Shown here one piece after another: positions 40,240 through 52,143 of a stretch of DNA of 64,000 nt. Below the pieces are notes generated by a model that saw only the letters and a program-made list of their open reading frames with translations, was not told where the DNA came from and did not search any database. Source of the stretch: Azolla caroliniana. Its lineage: Eukaryota; Plantae; Polypodiophyta. How positions within the stretch are numbered: position 1 is the stretch's first letter; each line of letters opens with the position of its first letter. Location of the stretch: positions 434,001-498,000 of the forward strand of contig JBHGNT010000008.1 in the NCBI GenBank assembly GCA_043228905.1, read 5' to 3'. The translations under genes and the position numbers were made by a program.

Positions 40240-43200
40240 TGTCGTGAATCAACGCTCCGATTCACCTTCACCGTTCGGCCACAACCGAGAAATCACGAAT
40301 CAATGCAGCAGAAAATAGGAAACACAGGGAAGGACACGATAACATAGGGATTAACGTGGAAAACCCTAAATGGGAAAAACCACGGGAGTCCTCAAACTCC
40401 AACTATCACTATGAACAGAGATGTACAAAGGTGTAGCTACAAGGCAACAACCTTGAGCTCACTGTCTTCGCCACAGGCGGCGGTAATACACAGAGGCGTC
40501 GACCTCTTCCTCTCTCTCTCTCTCTCGGCTGCTCTCACTTCGCTCTCTCGGCTGAAAACATAAAAATGAGCAACAACATAAACTGTTTGCCCTAAGTCAT
40601 ATTTATGCACATATGACTTTTCGGGCTATTTACAAATAGAGCCTCAAGGGCTCTTAGCAAAACATATTCACAAATATGTCCCCGCATCCGGATCTCTCTC
40701 TCCGGGTACATTCGTCATCCGGCTCCGTAACCGGGATCTTCAGCATCCGGCTCCGTAGCCGGGGTCTTCGTCATCCGGAGAGTGCGCTCACCGGGCCTGT
40801 ATCTTCATCCGGTTCCGTAACCGTAACCGGGCTTGCCGTCTACTCTCCGGACATCCCATCCGGAGGGACCGAAATCCCAACAAACTCCCCCTTCACTTCG
40901 GCATGGGATGTCTCTCCAATCCGATCCTCTTCCGGCATGCTTCCAGCTTGTCGGGTGTGAGCACCTTGGTCAGCATATCTGACCCGTTCTCGTCCGTGTG
41001 GATCTTCGTCAGCACGAACTCCTGGTCTTCTATCCTTTCCCGGATCCAGTGATATCTTCGCTGGATGTGCTTCGTCCGGGAGTGATAGGCCGCGTTCTTC
41101 GCAAGGTGGATGGCACTCTGACTGTCGCAGTAGAGTCGGTACTCCTCCTGCCGGATACCGAGCTCTCTAATGAAGTCCTTCATCCATATTATTTCCTTGC
41201 CGGCTTCAACAGCCGCCATGTACTCCGCCTCCGTGGTTGACAACGCAACCGTCTTCTGCAGCCTCGACTGCCAGGAAACAGCTCCCCCTGCATACGTCAT
41301 CACATACCCTGATGTGGACCGGCTGGTATCTGCATAAGCCGACATATCCGAATCGGTGAAGCCGTCGAGTTCGGGTTTACCGGAGCCGAATCGGAGGCAC
41401 ACGTTTGCTGTGCCCTTCAGGTATCGGAGTATCCACTTGGCCGCGTTCCAATGCTCTTTGCCGGGATTGCTCATATACCGGCTCACCACTCCGACTGCAT
41501 ATCCTATGTCCGGTCTTGTACACACCATTGCGTACATCAAGCTTCCGACGGCAGAGGCATATGGTACTTTCATCATGTCCTCCTTTTCAGCCTTTGTCTT
41601 AGGGCTTTGCTTGCTGGACAACTTGCAGTTTGCCGGGAGGGTCGATCCGACCGGTCTTGCTTCCGACATGTTGAACCGTTGAAGCACCTTTGTCACGTAC
41701 TTCTCCTGTGACAGCCACAACTGCTTCTTCTTCCGGTCTCGGATGATGTGCATCCCTAGTATTTGCCTCGCCGGACCCAGGTCTTTCATTGAGAAGGTTC
41801 TGTGGAGAGCCTTCTTCAGCATCCGTATCTTGACCTGGTCCCGTCCGACGACCAACATGTCGTCCACGTACAGGAGGAGTATTAGAAAGTCTCCTCCTTC
41901 GAACTTCCTCACAAACACGCAGTGATCAGACTGCGTTTTGTGGTACCCTTCGTCGGTCATGAAGGAGTCGAATTTCCGGTACCACTGCCGGGGAGCCTGC
42001 TTCAAACCATAAAGGCTCTTCTTCAACCGGCATACCAAGTGCTCCTTCTCTTTCTTCTCGAATCCTTCCGGTTGCTGCATGTATATCTCTTCTTCGAGGT
42101 CACCGTGAAGGAATGCCGTCTTCACGTCCATCTGTTCTACCTCGAGGTCCATGCTTGCCGCTATGCTCAGCACCGTCCGGATGGAGGTCATCTTCACTAC
42201 CGGGGCAAATATCTCGTCGAAGTCGACGCCCTTCTTCTGCTGGAACCCCTTCACCACGATCCTGGCTTTGTATCTCGGGGGGTTTCCGGCATCTCCCGGT
42301 TTCAGCTTGAACACCCACTTGTTACGGAGTGCCCGTTTTCCTTTCGGCAACTCCACAAGTTCATATGTGTGGTTCTCATGCAGGGAATCCATCTCCTCCT
42401 GCATGGCACTTAACCACCTGCGGCTATGAGTGTCATGCTTCGCTTCTTCAAAGCTCTCCGGCTCCCCCTCGTCGGTTAGCAGCACGTGCTCTAGTTCCGG
42501 AAATCTCCGGGGGGCCCTTCTCTCTCTTAGAGGATATCTCCGTTCCGGAGCTTCGGTAACCGGTTCTTCCGATTCTTCTTCATCCGAATCCATTTCGGGA
42601 TCGGGGCCGGTTCCGGTATCATTTTCATCTTCTTCGGCCGGTTCTGTTTCTTCACCGTCTTCGGCCGGATCTTCGAGTGTTAACCGGTCCCTTGCCGGTC
42701 GGGACTGCTCCTCGTAGAGTTGATCCTCACCGGTCGACTTGGAGCTCTTCATCTTCTTCTCCGACTCCCAGTCGGCGAGTGTCTTGTCCTCCATGAAGAC
42801 GATATCTCGACTCCTGAATATCTTCTTGTCGACCGGGTCCCATACTCGGTAGCCGAACTCGTCGTCGCCGTATCCGAGGAATATGCATGGCCGGGTCTTT
42901 GGATCTAACTTTCCTCTCCGGTCCTTTGCCACATGCACGTATGCGAGACACCCGAACACCTTCAGATGCCGGTAGGACACTTCCTTACCGGTCCACACTC
43001 TCTGCGGCGTGTCTCCGTCCAAAGGTACTGAGGGTGATCTGTTTATCACGTATGTCGCCGTCGACATTGCCTCAGCCCAAAACCCCTTGGGTAATTTCGC
43101 ATGCGCTAGCATACTCCGGACCCTCTCCATTATGGTCCGGTTCATCCTCTCGGCCAGCCCGTTCAGTTCCGGCGTCTTCGGCACAGTAAACTCGAGCCGG

Positions 43201-45640
43201 ATTCCCTTCGAGCGACAGTACTCCGCGAACTGCCCCCGGTATTCCCCTCCGTTATCCGCTCGTATCGCTTTTAGCTTCTTGCCGGATTCCCTTTCCACTC
43301 TTGCGTGGAGTTCTCTGAAGACGGACAACACTTGGTCCTTTGTCTTCAGCGGTGCCGTCCACAGCTTCCGGCTATGGTCATCAATGAATGTTACGAAGTA
43401 CTGGGCTCCGCCATGTGACTTCGTTTCTACCTGACACACATCAGTGTGCACCAACTCCAATGGTGCGCTACGTCTCGTCGGTGGCCTTGAGTGGAAGGAG
43501 GTTCGGTTCTGCTTACCGGCCAGGCAGTCGGTGCACTTCTCCAGGTGCACATGCTTCACTGGAATAAGGTTGTCTTCTGCAAGCCTCTTCATCCCCTTCT
43601 CACTCATGTGGCACAATCTTTTGTGCCACAGCTCACCGGCAGTGTCGGCTGCCACATTCAGCTCTTCCGGACATAACCGGGCATTCATCAGGTACAGTGT
43701 GTTGTCTTTCCGGGCCCGAGCCACTATCAGGCTCCCCTTGCTGAACTTCATTACGCCGTTCCGGATGCTACCTGTGTAGCCTTCATCGTCTAGCCTCCCG
43801 GCCGAAATCAGGTTCAATCGAACCTCCGGAACGTGTCGGACATCCTTCAGCAGCATTTTGCATCCGGTCGGGGTTGTCAACCACACGTCTCCGATGCCGG
43901 CAATCCGGCACGTACCTTCATTTCCCATCCGAACACAGCCATGCTCACCGGCTGTGTAGGATGAGAAGTATCTTCTCTCCGGGGTCAGGTGGAACGATGC
44001 TCCGGAATCGACCACCCAGGTCGTCTTATCGCCGGCAACGTTTAGTTCACCTTCTTCGGTGATGAGCATGATCTCCTCTTCACTTGCCGCGAGTGCCGTC
44101 GTTCCTTTCCGGTCCTGCCCTCGCCGATCCGGACCTCTCCGGTCCGTGGCTCCCCGGTATGCACCGTTTCGCTCCGGTGACTTCTTCGAATCGGTGTCGT
44201 CGGCTCCGTTGTCCTTTCGGTAATGCCGACAATTCTTCCGGAAGTGCCCCGGCTTCCCACAGTGGAAGCATGTGGGCCTTCCTCTTGACTGCGACCGGGT
44301 CCCTGACTTCTCCCGTCTTTGCGGACTCCGGTTCCATTGTCTTCCCCGATCCGATTCGGTAAGCAGCGCCTTCGAGTCGGAGGCCGGTTCTTTATCTCTC
44401 CGACGCGCTTCTTCGTTCAAAATACTTGTCTTTACCGTCTGTAGAGACAAGTTATCTTCGGTGCAGGAGGTGCTGAGAGTCACCACCAAGTTCTCCCAGC
44501 TCTCCGGCAATGTACACATCAGGATGATGGCTTGCATTGCATCCTCCAACGGGAACTTGATCGCCGCAAGCTGGTTCACGAATCCCATGAACGTGCTTAC
44601 GTGTTCCACCATACTCTCGCCGTCGCGGTACTTGAGGTTCACTATTTTCCTCATCAGGGAGGTCCGGTTCAACGCATTCTTCCTCTCGTAGAGGCCCGAC
44701 AGCTTCCGCCACATCTCGTATGCGTTGGTGTCGTTCGCCACATGTTGTAGAACGCTCACATCGACGTATTGCCGAATGGTTGCAACGGCTTTCCGGTTCA
44801 GAAGCCTCCATTCCGTCTCAAGTACCCCCTTCGGTATTTCCGACCTGTCAATCGGTTCGTACAGGTCCCGAACAATCAAAAGATCCTCCATCTTGATCTT
44901 CCAGTCGGCGTAGTTCTGCGCATTCAGCACCATCATTCCCGGCTGCCCGCTACTGCCGCCTTCCATTTTCTGCACTGCCGTCGCTCTGATACCAGTTTGT
45001 CGTGAATCAACGCTCCGATTCACCTTCACCGTTCGGCCACAACCGAGAAATCACGAATCAATGCAGCAGAAAATAGGAAACACAAGGAAGGACACGATAA
45101 CACAGGGATTAACGTGGAAAACCCTAAATGGGAAAAACCACGGGAGTCCTCAAACTCCAACTATCACTATGAACAGAGATGTACAAAGGTGTAGCTACAA
45201 GGCAACAACCTTGAGCTCACTGTCTTCGCCACAGGCGGCGGTAATACACAGAGGCGTCGACCTCTTCCTCTCTCTCTCTCTCTCGGCTGCTCTCACTTCG
45301 CTCTCTCGGCTGAAAACATAAAAATGAGCAACAACATAAACTGTTTGCCCTAAGTCATATTTATGCACATATGACTTTTCGGGCTATTTACAAATAGAGC
45401 CTCAAGGGCTCTTAGCAAAACATATTCACAAATATGTCCCCGCATCCGGATCTCTCTCTCCGGGTACATTCGTCATCCAGCTCCGTAACCGGGATCTTCA
45501 GCATCCGGCTCCGTAGCCGGGGTCTTCGTCATCCGGAGAGTGCGCTCACCGGGCCTGTATCTTCATCCGGTTCCGTAACCGTAACCGGGCTTGCCGTCTA
45601 CTCTCCGGACATCCCATCCGGAGGGACCGAAATCCCAACA
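40240..45640 (-). mobile_element. Intact, young Ty1/copia element J (Tnt1/Tork-like)
   Basis: 643-bp LTRs 40240-40882 and 44998-45640 with 3 differences seen by eye. Perfect TSD CTATC, PBS-iMet, PPT and a single open gag-pol frame. Confidence 0.97.
40893..44966 (-). CDS. Gag-Pol polyprotein of element J, 1357 aa
   Basis: First ATG after the PBS (MEGGSSG). CFHCGKPGH knuckle, WVVDSGAS, LWHKRLCH, integrase D-D-E, RT YVDD and RNase H are all in one frame. Confidence 0.95.
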   Translation of the reverse strand: MEGGSSGQPGMMVLNAQNYADWKIKMEDLLIVRDLYEPIDRSEIPKGVLETEWRLLNRKAVATIRQYVDVSVLQHVANDTNAYEMWRKLSGLYERKNALNRTSLMRKIVNLKYRDGESMVEHVSTFMGFVNQLAAIKFPLEDAMQAIILMCTLPESWENLVVTLSTSCTEDNLSLQTVKTSILNEEARRRDKEPASDSKALLTESDRGRQWNRSPQRREKSGTRSQSRGRPTCFHCGKPGHFRKNCRHYRKDNGADDTDSKKSPERNGAYRGATDRRGPDRRGQDRKGTTALAASEEEIMLITEEGELNVAGDKTTWVVDSGASFHLTPERRYFSSYTAGEHGCVRMGNEGTCRIAGIGDVWLTTPTGCKMLLKDVRHVPEVRLNLISAGRLDDEGYTGSIRNGVMKFSKGSLIVARARKDNTLYLMNARLCPEELNVAADTAGELWHKRLCHMSEKGMKRLAEDNLIPVKHVHLEKCTDCLAGKQNRTSFHSRPPTRRSAPLELVHTDVCQVETKSHGGAQYFVTFIDDHSRKLWTAPLKTKDQVLSVFRELHARVERESGKKLKAIRADNGGEYRGQFAEYCRSKGIRLEFTVPKTPELNGLAERMNRTIMERVRSMLAHAKLPKGFWAEAMSTATYVINRSPSVPLDGDTPQRVWTGKEVSYRHLKVFGCLAYVHVAKDRRGKLDPKTRPCIFLGYGDDEFGYRVWDPVDKKIFRSRDIVFMEDKTLADWESEKKMKSSKSTGEDQLYEEQSRPARDRLTLEDPAEDGEETEPAEEDENDTGTGPDPEMDSDEEESEEPVTEAPERRYPLRERRAPRRFPELEHVLLTDEGEPESFEEAKHDTHSRRWLSAMQEEMDSLHENHTYELVELPKGKRALRNKWVFKLKPGDAGNPPRYKARIVVKGFQQKKGVDFDEIFAPVVKMTSIRTVLSIAASMDLEVEQMDVKTAFLHGDLEEEIYMQQPEGFEKKEKEHLVCRLKKSLYGLKQAPRQWYRKFDSFMTDEGYHKTQSDHCVFVRKFEGGDFLILLLYVDDMLVVGRDQVKIRMLKKALHRTFSMKDLGPARQILGMHIIRDRKKKQLWLSQEKYVTKVLQRFNMSEARPVGSTLPANCKLSSKQSPKTKAEKEDMMKVPYASAVGSLMYAMVCTRPDIGYAVGVVSRYMSNPGKEHWNAAKWILRYLKGTANVCLRFGSGKPELDGFTDSDMSAYADTSRSTSGYVMTYAGGAVSWQSRLQKTVALSTTEAEYMAAVEAGKEIIWMKDFIRELGIRQEEYRLYCDSQSAIHLAKNAAYHSRTKHIQRRYHWIRERIEDQEFVLTKIHTDENGSDMLTKVLTPDKLEACRKRIGLERHPMPK

Positions 45641-47128
45641 CTATCGAGGATCCTTTCCTCCACTACCTTCTTCAAGTCCGTTGCTTGTTCGATCTCCGAG
45701 CAAAGCTTGAAGTTGGGGGGGTTCCCCTTCTCTTTCCATCTTTCATCGCGTGCTTGAGACTGGTTCGGCGCTTCCCTTCTTCATGTGCCTTGAGCGTCGT
45801 ATTTCCTTGATGGACCGAATCCCTCGTCATTTCCTACCTTCTTCTCTTCTACCATTACTTCGTAGTTTTGGCAAGCGTCTTCCACTAAGCCTGTCTTTTC
45901 TTCCACCAAATCATTCAACCCGGTTGCTTCTTGGACCCTTCTTTCCGCTTCGTCTGCTTCTTTTCTTTTGAATTTTCCCGTAGAGAGGCTTCCAAGGGAT
46001 TGACGGCCAAAAGCCAAACTCTTTCTCCTCTTGCCTCCTCACCTCTTTCCCCACTCGGATCCCAGCCGACGCCGAGTAGTGGACGACTTCAACATGTTGT
46101 GCTTCAGCCTCCTCAACTAGCCTTGTCATGCCCCCTCGGCCTTTATTCAATACTAAGGGGCGCCTTGTCTCCGTCGAATAGACCCTATTGTTCCAAAGAT
46201 AGACAATATCCCTTCTTAGGGCCTCTTGAAAGTCTACACACTCCCTTCGTAGGTGGTCGGGATTGTCGCACCACATACATCTTTGCGCGAACAGGGGACA
46301 TCGATCTTCAGGGCCGCCACTCTCTCTCCTAGTTTGCGCTATTTGGAGATCTCACACCATCTTTGTGAGCTCGTCTATTGCCGACCCTCCCGATGGTGCT
46401 TCAACCACGTTTCTCTCGGGGACGAACCTTGCATTTTCTTGCTCTGTTTCTTGAGGTGCTCTACCACCCTTGGGTTCGTGTGTATCACTAATGGATCCTA
46501 TGGATGTTTGGCCGTTCAACGGAGACCTATCATTCCATTCCCTTCTCGTATCGAAGTGACTACAAACCCGTTTTACCATATCCCAATCCGTCGTGAGCCC
46601 ATCATCAGTTTCGAGGAGGAGCCCACCTTCTCTCGGTCTCGTGCATCAACAACTTTTATGAATAGTAGGACCTTGCTGGTGTCAAGCACAATCCTATCGA
46701 GAGCCGAGAGTCGCGTGAAGCGCTTCTCAAATTCTTGTAGAAGTGCCATAGTATTTCTCCCCTTACCGGGAAGCTCAACCCACTCCATTAGATCCCTTTT
46801 CGAAATTCTGAGTAGGTCATCAAGGCTTTACTTCTCGAGGAGTCTTTCTTCGAACTCCACCCAATTGCAACAGTCTGCTTGGACCACATGGGTCTTGGAC
46901 TAGGGAGTATTGAAGGGATAGAGAAGACCCGAGGTTTGCTTTACGACAATACTACTTCCCGACACCTTCCCAAGCAAGGGCTTGTTGCCCCTTTTGTGAG
47001 GCCGGTGGCTTTCATTGATCACGACTAGTCGAGTTTTCGAGATCACCGCACGAGCCAGTGATCAAACCGGTACAAGCAAAGATGAGCACGCAAGATGAAC
47101 GCACTAGGGGACGATAACACAAACACGA

Positions 47129-47745
47129 ATGTCCGTACGTCTTTATGAGGAGGAGAGGTGCATGGGCATGCCCGAACGCTCCCTTGTCACAAGACGTCAA
47201 ACGTACGAGGAAGACACAAAACGCACGCACAAAATGCTCGTACACCTTTATGAGGAGGAGAGGTGCATGGGCACGCCCGAACGCTCCCTTGTCACAAGAA
47301 GTCAAACGTACGAGGAAAACACAAAACGCACGCACAAAATGCTCGTACGCCTTTATGAGGAGGAGAGGTGCATGGGCACACTCGAAATGCTCCATCGTCA
47401 CAAGACAACCGAACGTACAAGGAAGACACAAACACACACACAAATGCTCGTACGCCTTTATGAGGAGGAGAGGTGCATGGGCACGCCCGAAACGCTCCCT
47501 CGTCACAAGACGGCCAAACGTGCAAGGAAGACACAAACACACGCACAAAATGCTCATATGCCTTTATGAGGAGGAGAGGTGCATGGGCACGCTAGAAACA
47601 CTCTCTCGTCACATGACGGTTGAATGTACAAGGAAGACACAAACACATGCAAGAATGCTCGTACGTCTTTATGAGGAGGAGAGGTACATGGGCATGCCCG
47701 AAACGCTCCCTCGTCACAAGCCGGCCGAACGTAGAAGTGGACGAG
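47129..47745. repeat. Six copies of the same minisatellite in the E 5' LTR
   Basis: Units start ~47129, 47234, 47339, 47444, 47550, 47655. Confidence 0.95.
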
Positions 47746-50700
47746 AACAAAGAAAGAAAGAAAGAAAAAAAACACGAATGATATTGGCTAAAGAAATAAA
47801 TACGTGTTCAATTCCAACGGGAGAGGGCCCTTTATAAAATAGGGTTTGATTACAATGTGGCAACTTGTAGTTAACCATAACCTCAACAAAACATAAATAC
47901 TAATGTCCTTAGAGACAAGAGAAAATCCGAACACGGAGCACGAACACACGAGCACCACAAGAATGTCGGCCCCAACGAACCACGACCACCCGAATGGTGA
48001 GCGCACGGGCTCGCAACGACGAATGGGGCGAAGCAATGTCGAACCAACAAAGGTCGGGCTCATGAGCATCGTAAACGAGCACTTCGAGTGCCAACGCAAA
48101 GAAGATGAGCACGTGGCGATGAGGGGATGAAGGTGTATGAGATGAAGAGAAGTGGTGAAGAAGAAGATGAAGAGCTCCGAAGAAAAAATGGCGATAGTCT
48201 CCTCCTCTCAACACGTCCTCCCAAATGAGCCCCCCTCGACCTCCTTTTTATAGGAAAAAAAAAGGGGGGTCGCCAATTTTGTCTTCAATGCAAAAGAAAT
48301 AAAATTCCTTGAATGTCACTGCATTGTAAGGCCGGATTTGGTCCGTGCACCTTTAGCTAGAAGTCAATGTGACTATCCACTAGGCCATTAACTCTCTCTT
48401 ATATAATATATAATTCTATCTCTACAAATTCATAGCTTGTCTCCCCTCTACTTTTTATATCTCCTCTCTCTTACTTTTTACACGAGCTTCTATACATCCT
48501 TTCCACCCTTTCTTTTCCCTTTTCTTTTACATGTGTACAATTAATTGCCTTTGTGTACACACACATTGCTCATGCACATTTTGACCCCCCCTTTCGCCGG
48601 TTCTTCCCACTCTCGAGCACGCCAGCTATTTCGATATGGCTTGCGAAATGATGTCAAAGATTTACTGCTGACTTTCCCTGAAGAACCAAAGTCGCTCACA
48701 GATGCAATCAATCGAGCATTATGTTGCGATAACAGACTTTTCGAACGACGTTTGGAACGTCAGTCACAAATGCCAAGAACAAGATCGGAGCCCACATATG
48801 CCTCAATCATAGCAAAACCATTTGTAAGGGAGTCATATAATGCGTCTTCAACAAACACTCCAACTCCGATGGAAATCAACCCCACACTCGTCGCAGACCA
48901 TTATCGGAAGTGGAAAAGCAGCGACGTTGAGCAAATCGACTATGTCTTTATTGCGGTGGACCAGGGTATATTGTAGTGAACTGTCCCCATAGGGCAAGAA
49001 GACAGGTAAATCAAATAGTCGTTAGTACTAATAGTACTAAACCCAAGTCTTTTATATTTGGAGTGTCTGATAGTCCTAATAGCCCAAGCCTATCAAATGG
49101 ATTTGAAGTCCTTAGTCAACTAGAAGAAGAGTTAAACGACTAAGTCTAGCCAAAATAAGAACCATTTAATTGGACAACCCTTGATCTATGCAACCCATTA
49201 GTGGTTCCATTCCCTCTAAGCAAGTTAACAATGTCTTCCTAGCTCATGTAACAATTAGCACTAAAAGAAACCCTCGAGTACATGTCTTTGGACTCCTTGA
49301 TTTCGGAGCCAATTCTTGCTTCATGGATAAGAATTTCGCCCAAGCTCATCAGATATCCCTAAGAAAACTCCGTTGCCCAACTTCTATTGTAGTCATTGAT
49401 GGGCGCCCCCTTGCTTCCGTAAATATCGTAGATTCTGAAGAATTAGAGCCGATTAGTGTTGTTCTAAATAATTTGGCATGTGTGGTATCATTTAATATAA
49501 TTAGTAGTCCAGAGCATCCAATTATTTTGGGGTTACCATGGTTCGAATTACACAAGCCAAACATAGATTGGAGAATAAGAGAAATCAGGTATCGACAATC
49601 TCGAGAATCTACTCACAAGATTTGAACCATTTCGCCACATCAATTACGTGAGGAAGGACACAAGGAATCAATGTTTGTATTCATAGTATCAATGAAACCT
49701 TCCAACAACGCTAAGGAGGAGTAAACAATTCAACTTCCAAAGAAGTATCATCATTACGCCAACATTTTTGATAAGGTAAAAGCTAGTACTCTTCCTCAAC
49801 ATCAACCGTATGATTGTCCCATTGATTTACAACTAGGAAAAGAGCCACCGTGGGGACCGATCTACAACTTGTCACCAATCGAGCTTGAAGTTCTTTGAGC
49901 CTACATAGTGGAAAATTTAGCAAACGGGTTCATTCGACATTCGAATCTCCAGCCGGCGCACCTATTTTCTTTATCAATAAAAACGATGGCTCACTTCGTC
50001 TAGTCGTGGATTACCGTGGCTTGAATAAGGTCACTATCAGGAATAGGTATGCACTTCCCATGATCTCGAGTCTTTTAGAAAGGATTAATGGCACAAAGTT
50101 TTTCACAAAAATGGATTTACAAGGAGCATATAACCTCGTACGGATTCGACTGGGAGACGAATGGAAGACAACTTTCTGCACCTGGTATGGGCACTTCGAG
50201 TATATAGTTATGCCATTCGGCCTCACCAATGCGCAAGCACTCTTCCAGCACATGGCAAATGATATATTCCAAGATCTTTTGGACATTTGTTTGATCATCT
50301 ACTTGGATGATCTACTAGTTTATTCAAAGACACAGGAGGAGTATGATTCTCATGTACTATTGGTACTAAGATGATTACGAGAACATGGTCTTTATGCAAA
50401 CCTGGAAAAGTGTAGTTTTGACTGTAACCACGTGGAATTTCTAAGCTATGTCATCTCCTTAGAAGGCATATCTATGGATCCAGCTAAAGTCCAAACTGTG
50501 TTAGTGTAGCAAACTCCACATTCGTTGCGAGATGTGCAATGTTGTTTAGGATTTGCAAATTTCTATCGCAAGTTTATACAAGACTACTCAAAGCTTATTT
50601 TACTACTCACATAGCTTACAAAGAAGGGACAATCATTTGTTTGGTCTAAGGAAGTGGACACGGCTTTTGAAGGTCTCAAGAAAGAATTTACTATTAGTAC

Positions 50701-52143
50701 TAAGAGGACTATGAGAACATGGTCTTTATGCAAAGCTAGAAAAGTGTAGTTTTGCCTGTAACAAGGTGGAATTTCTAGGCAACCTATGTCAATTCCTCAG
50801 AAGGTATATCTATGGATCCAGCTAAAGTCCAAACTGTGTTAGAGTGGCAAACTCCACATTTGTTGCGAGATGTGAAATGATTTTTAAGATTTGCAAATTT
50901 CTATCGCAAGTTTATACAGGACTACTCAAAGCTTATTTTACCGCTCACACAACTTACAAAGAAGGTACAATCGTTTGTTTGGTTTAAGGAAGTGGACACG
51001 ACTTTTGAAAGTGTCAAGAAAGCATTTACATTGGCTCCTGTTCTAGCTCATGTTGATATGTGAAAACCATTTATCATTGAAGCAGACACGTCAGATTTCG
51101 CCCTCAGTAGTATTTTGTCACAACAAGGCGACAATGAGAAGCTACATCTCGTGGCTTTCAACTCACGCAAATTTGATGCCGCCGAAATCAACTATGAGAT
51201 ACATGACAATGAGCTATTAGCAATAGTGGACTCTTTTGCACAATGGAGACATTTTTTAGAAGGATCTCCTCATCAAGTCACTCACAAGAATCTTGCCTAC
51301 TTCTAGAATGCTCGCGTGTTAAATAGGCGACAAACTCGGTGGGCTCAGTTCCTCACTCCTTTCGACTTCAAGATTACATATCGTCTGGGCAAGATTACAT
51401 ATCGTCCAGGTAGATGCATTATCACGATGCTTGTATCTAGCTCCTCGTCCTGGTGATCTAGCTTTCGACAATCAAAAGCAAGTAATCCTGGGTCCAACAC
51501 GACTTCAAGCAACGCGGGTTTTTGACACTTCATTAGATTCCCATATTATCAATACCATACGTGAAGATTTGAAGACAGATGTTTTTGCTCAAGCTGTTCT
51601 AGATCAAATCAATCCCTCTCGAGCATCTTGTTCACGGTCACAACAACCACGTATGCATTATTGACAATTCAAATGTCAGGATGGTTTACTCTTCTTTAAG
51701 AAACTTTTGTATGTTCTGAATTATTCTTGTCGCCTTTGAATAGTACAAAATTGTAATGACACATACACAACCGTACATTTTGGTAGTACTAAAACATTTG
51801 ATCTAGTACAACGATCATTTTGGTGGTCCCATATGCGAAGATTTGTCAAAGACTATGTTCGGACATGTGATACATGTTGCAGAGCGATGATGCCTAGACA
51901 TCAACCATATGGTTTGTTGGAGTCGTTACTGATCCCAAGCAAACCTCGACAATCTATTTCTCTCGATTTTATCATAGATCTTCAGGATTCGAAGGGCTTC
52001 AATGCGATCTTAATAGTGGTAGATTGATATACTAAGATGACACATTTCGTGCCCTGTACTAAAGAAATCACTAGTGAAGAAACCGCGAGAATTGTTGTGC
52101 GTGAAGTATTTCGGCATCATGGTCTTCCCGACAATACATCCGT

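Larger units (their letters stand above)
25702..48619 (-). mobile_element. Non-chromoviral Ty3/gypsy element E (Phygy/Selgy-like) with long LTRs
   Basis: LTR copies 25702-26730 (cut by F) and ~46890-48619. Gag 45641-46880, protease LIDHGS, RT TLPQGGTN/FLDD, RNase H and integrase 36686-40239. Deletions remove the PBS/gag start and the 3' end. Right boundary approximate. Confidence 0.88.
25320..52143 (+). mobile_element. Ty3/gypsy element D (chromovirus/Tcn1-like, degenerate), split by E and interrupted by K
   Basis: Gag KFNG...LSGTALAWF (25440-25701) resumes as FRYGLRNDVKD at ~48620. Then zinc knuckle LCLYCGGPG, protease LLDFGA, RT (DYRGLN, YLDD), RNase H and integrase (SISLDFI, HGLPD). A ~334-bp internal tandem duplication spans ~50356-51025. 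LTRs not identified. Confidence 0.88.

Noticed and set aside
44967-45029. Extra 21 N-terminal residues in the 1378-aa ORF call
   Set aside because: The called start is a non-ATG codon inside the LTR and reads through the PBS. The ATG at 44966 is the plausible start.
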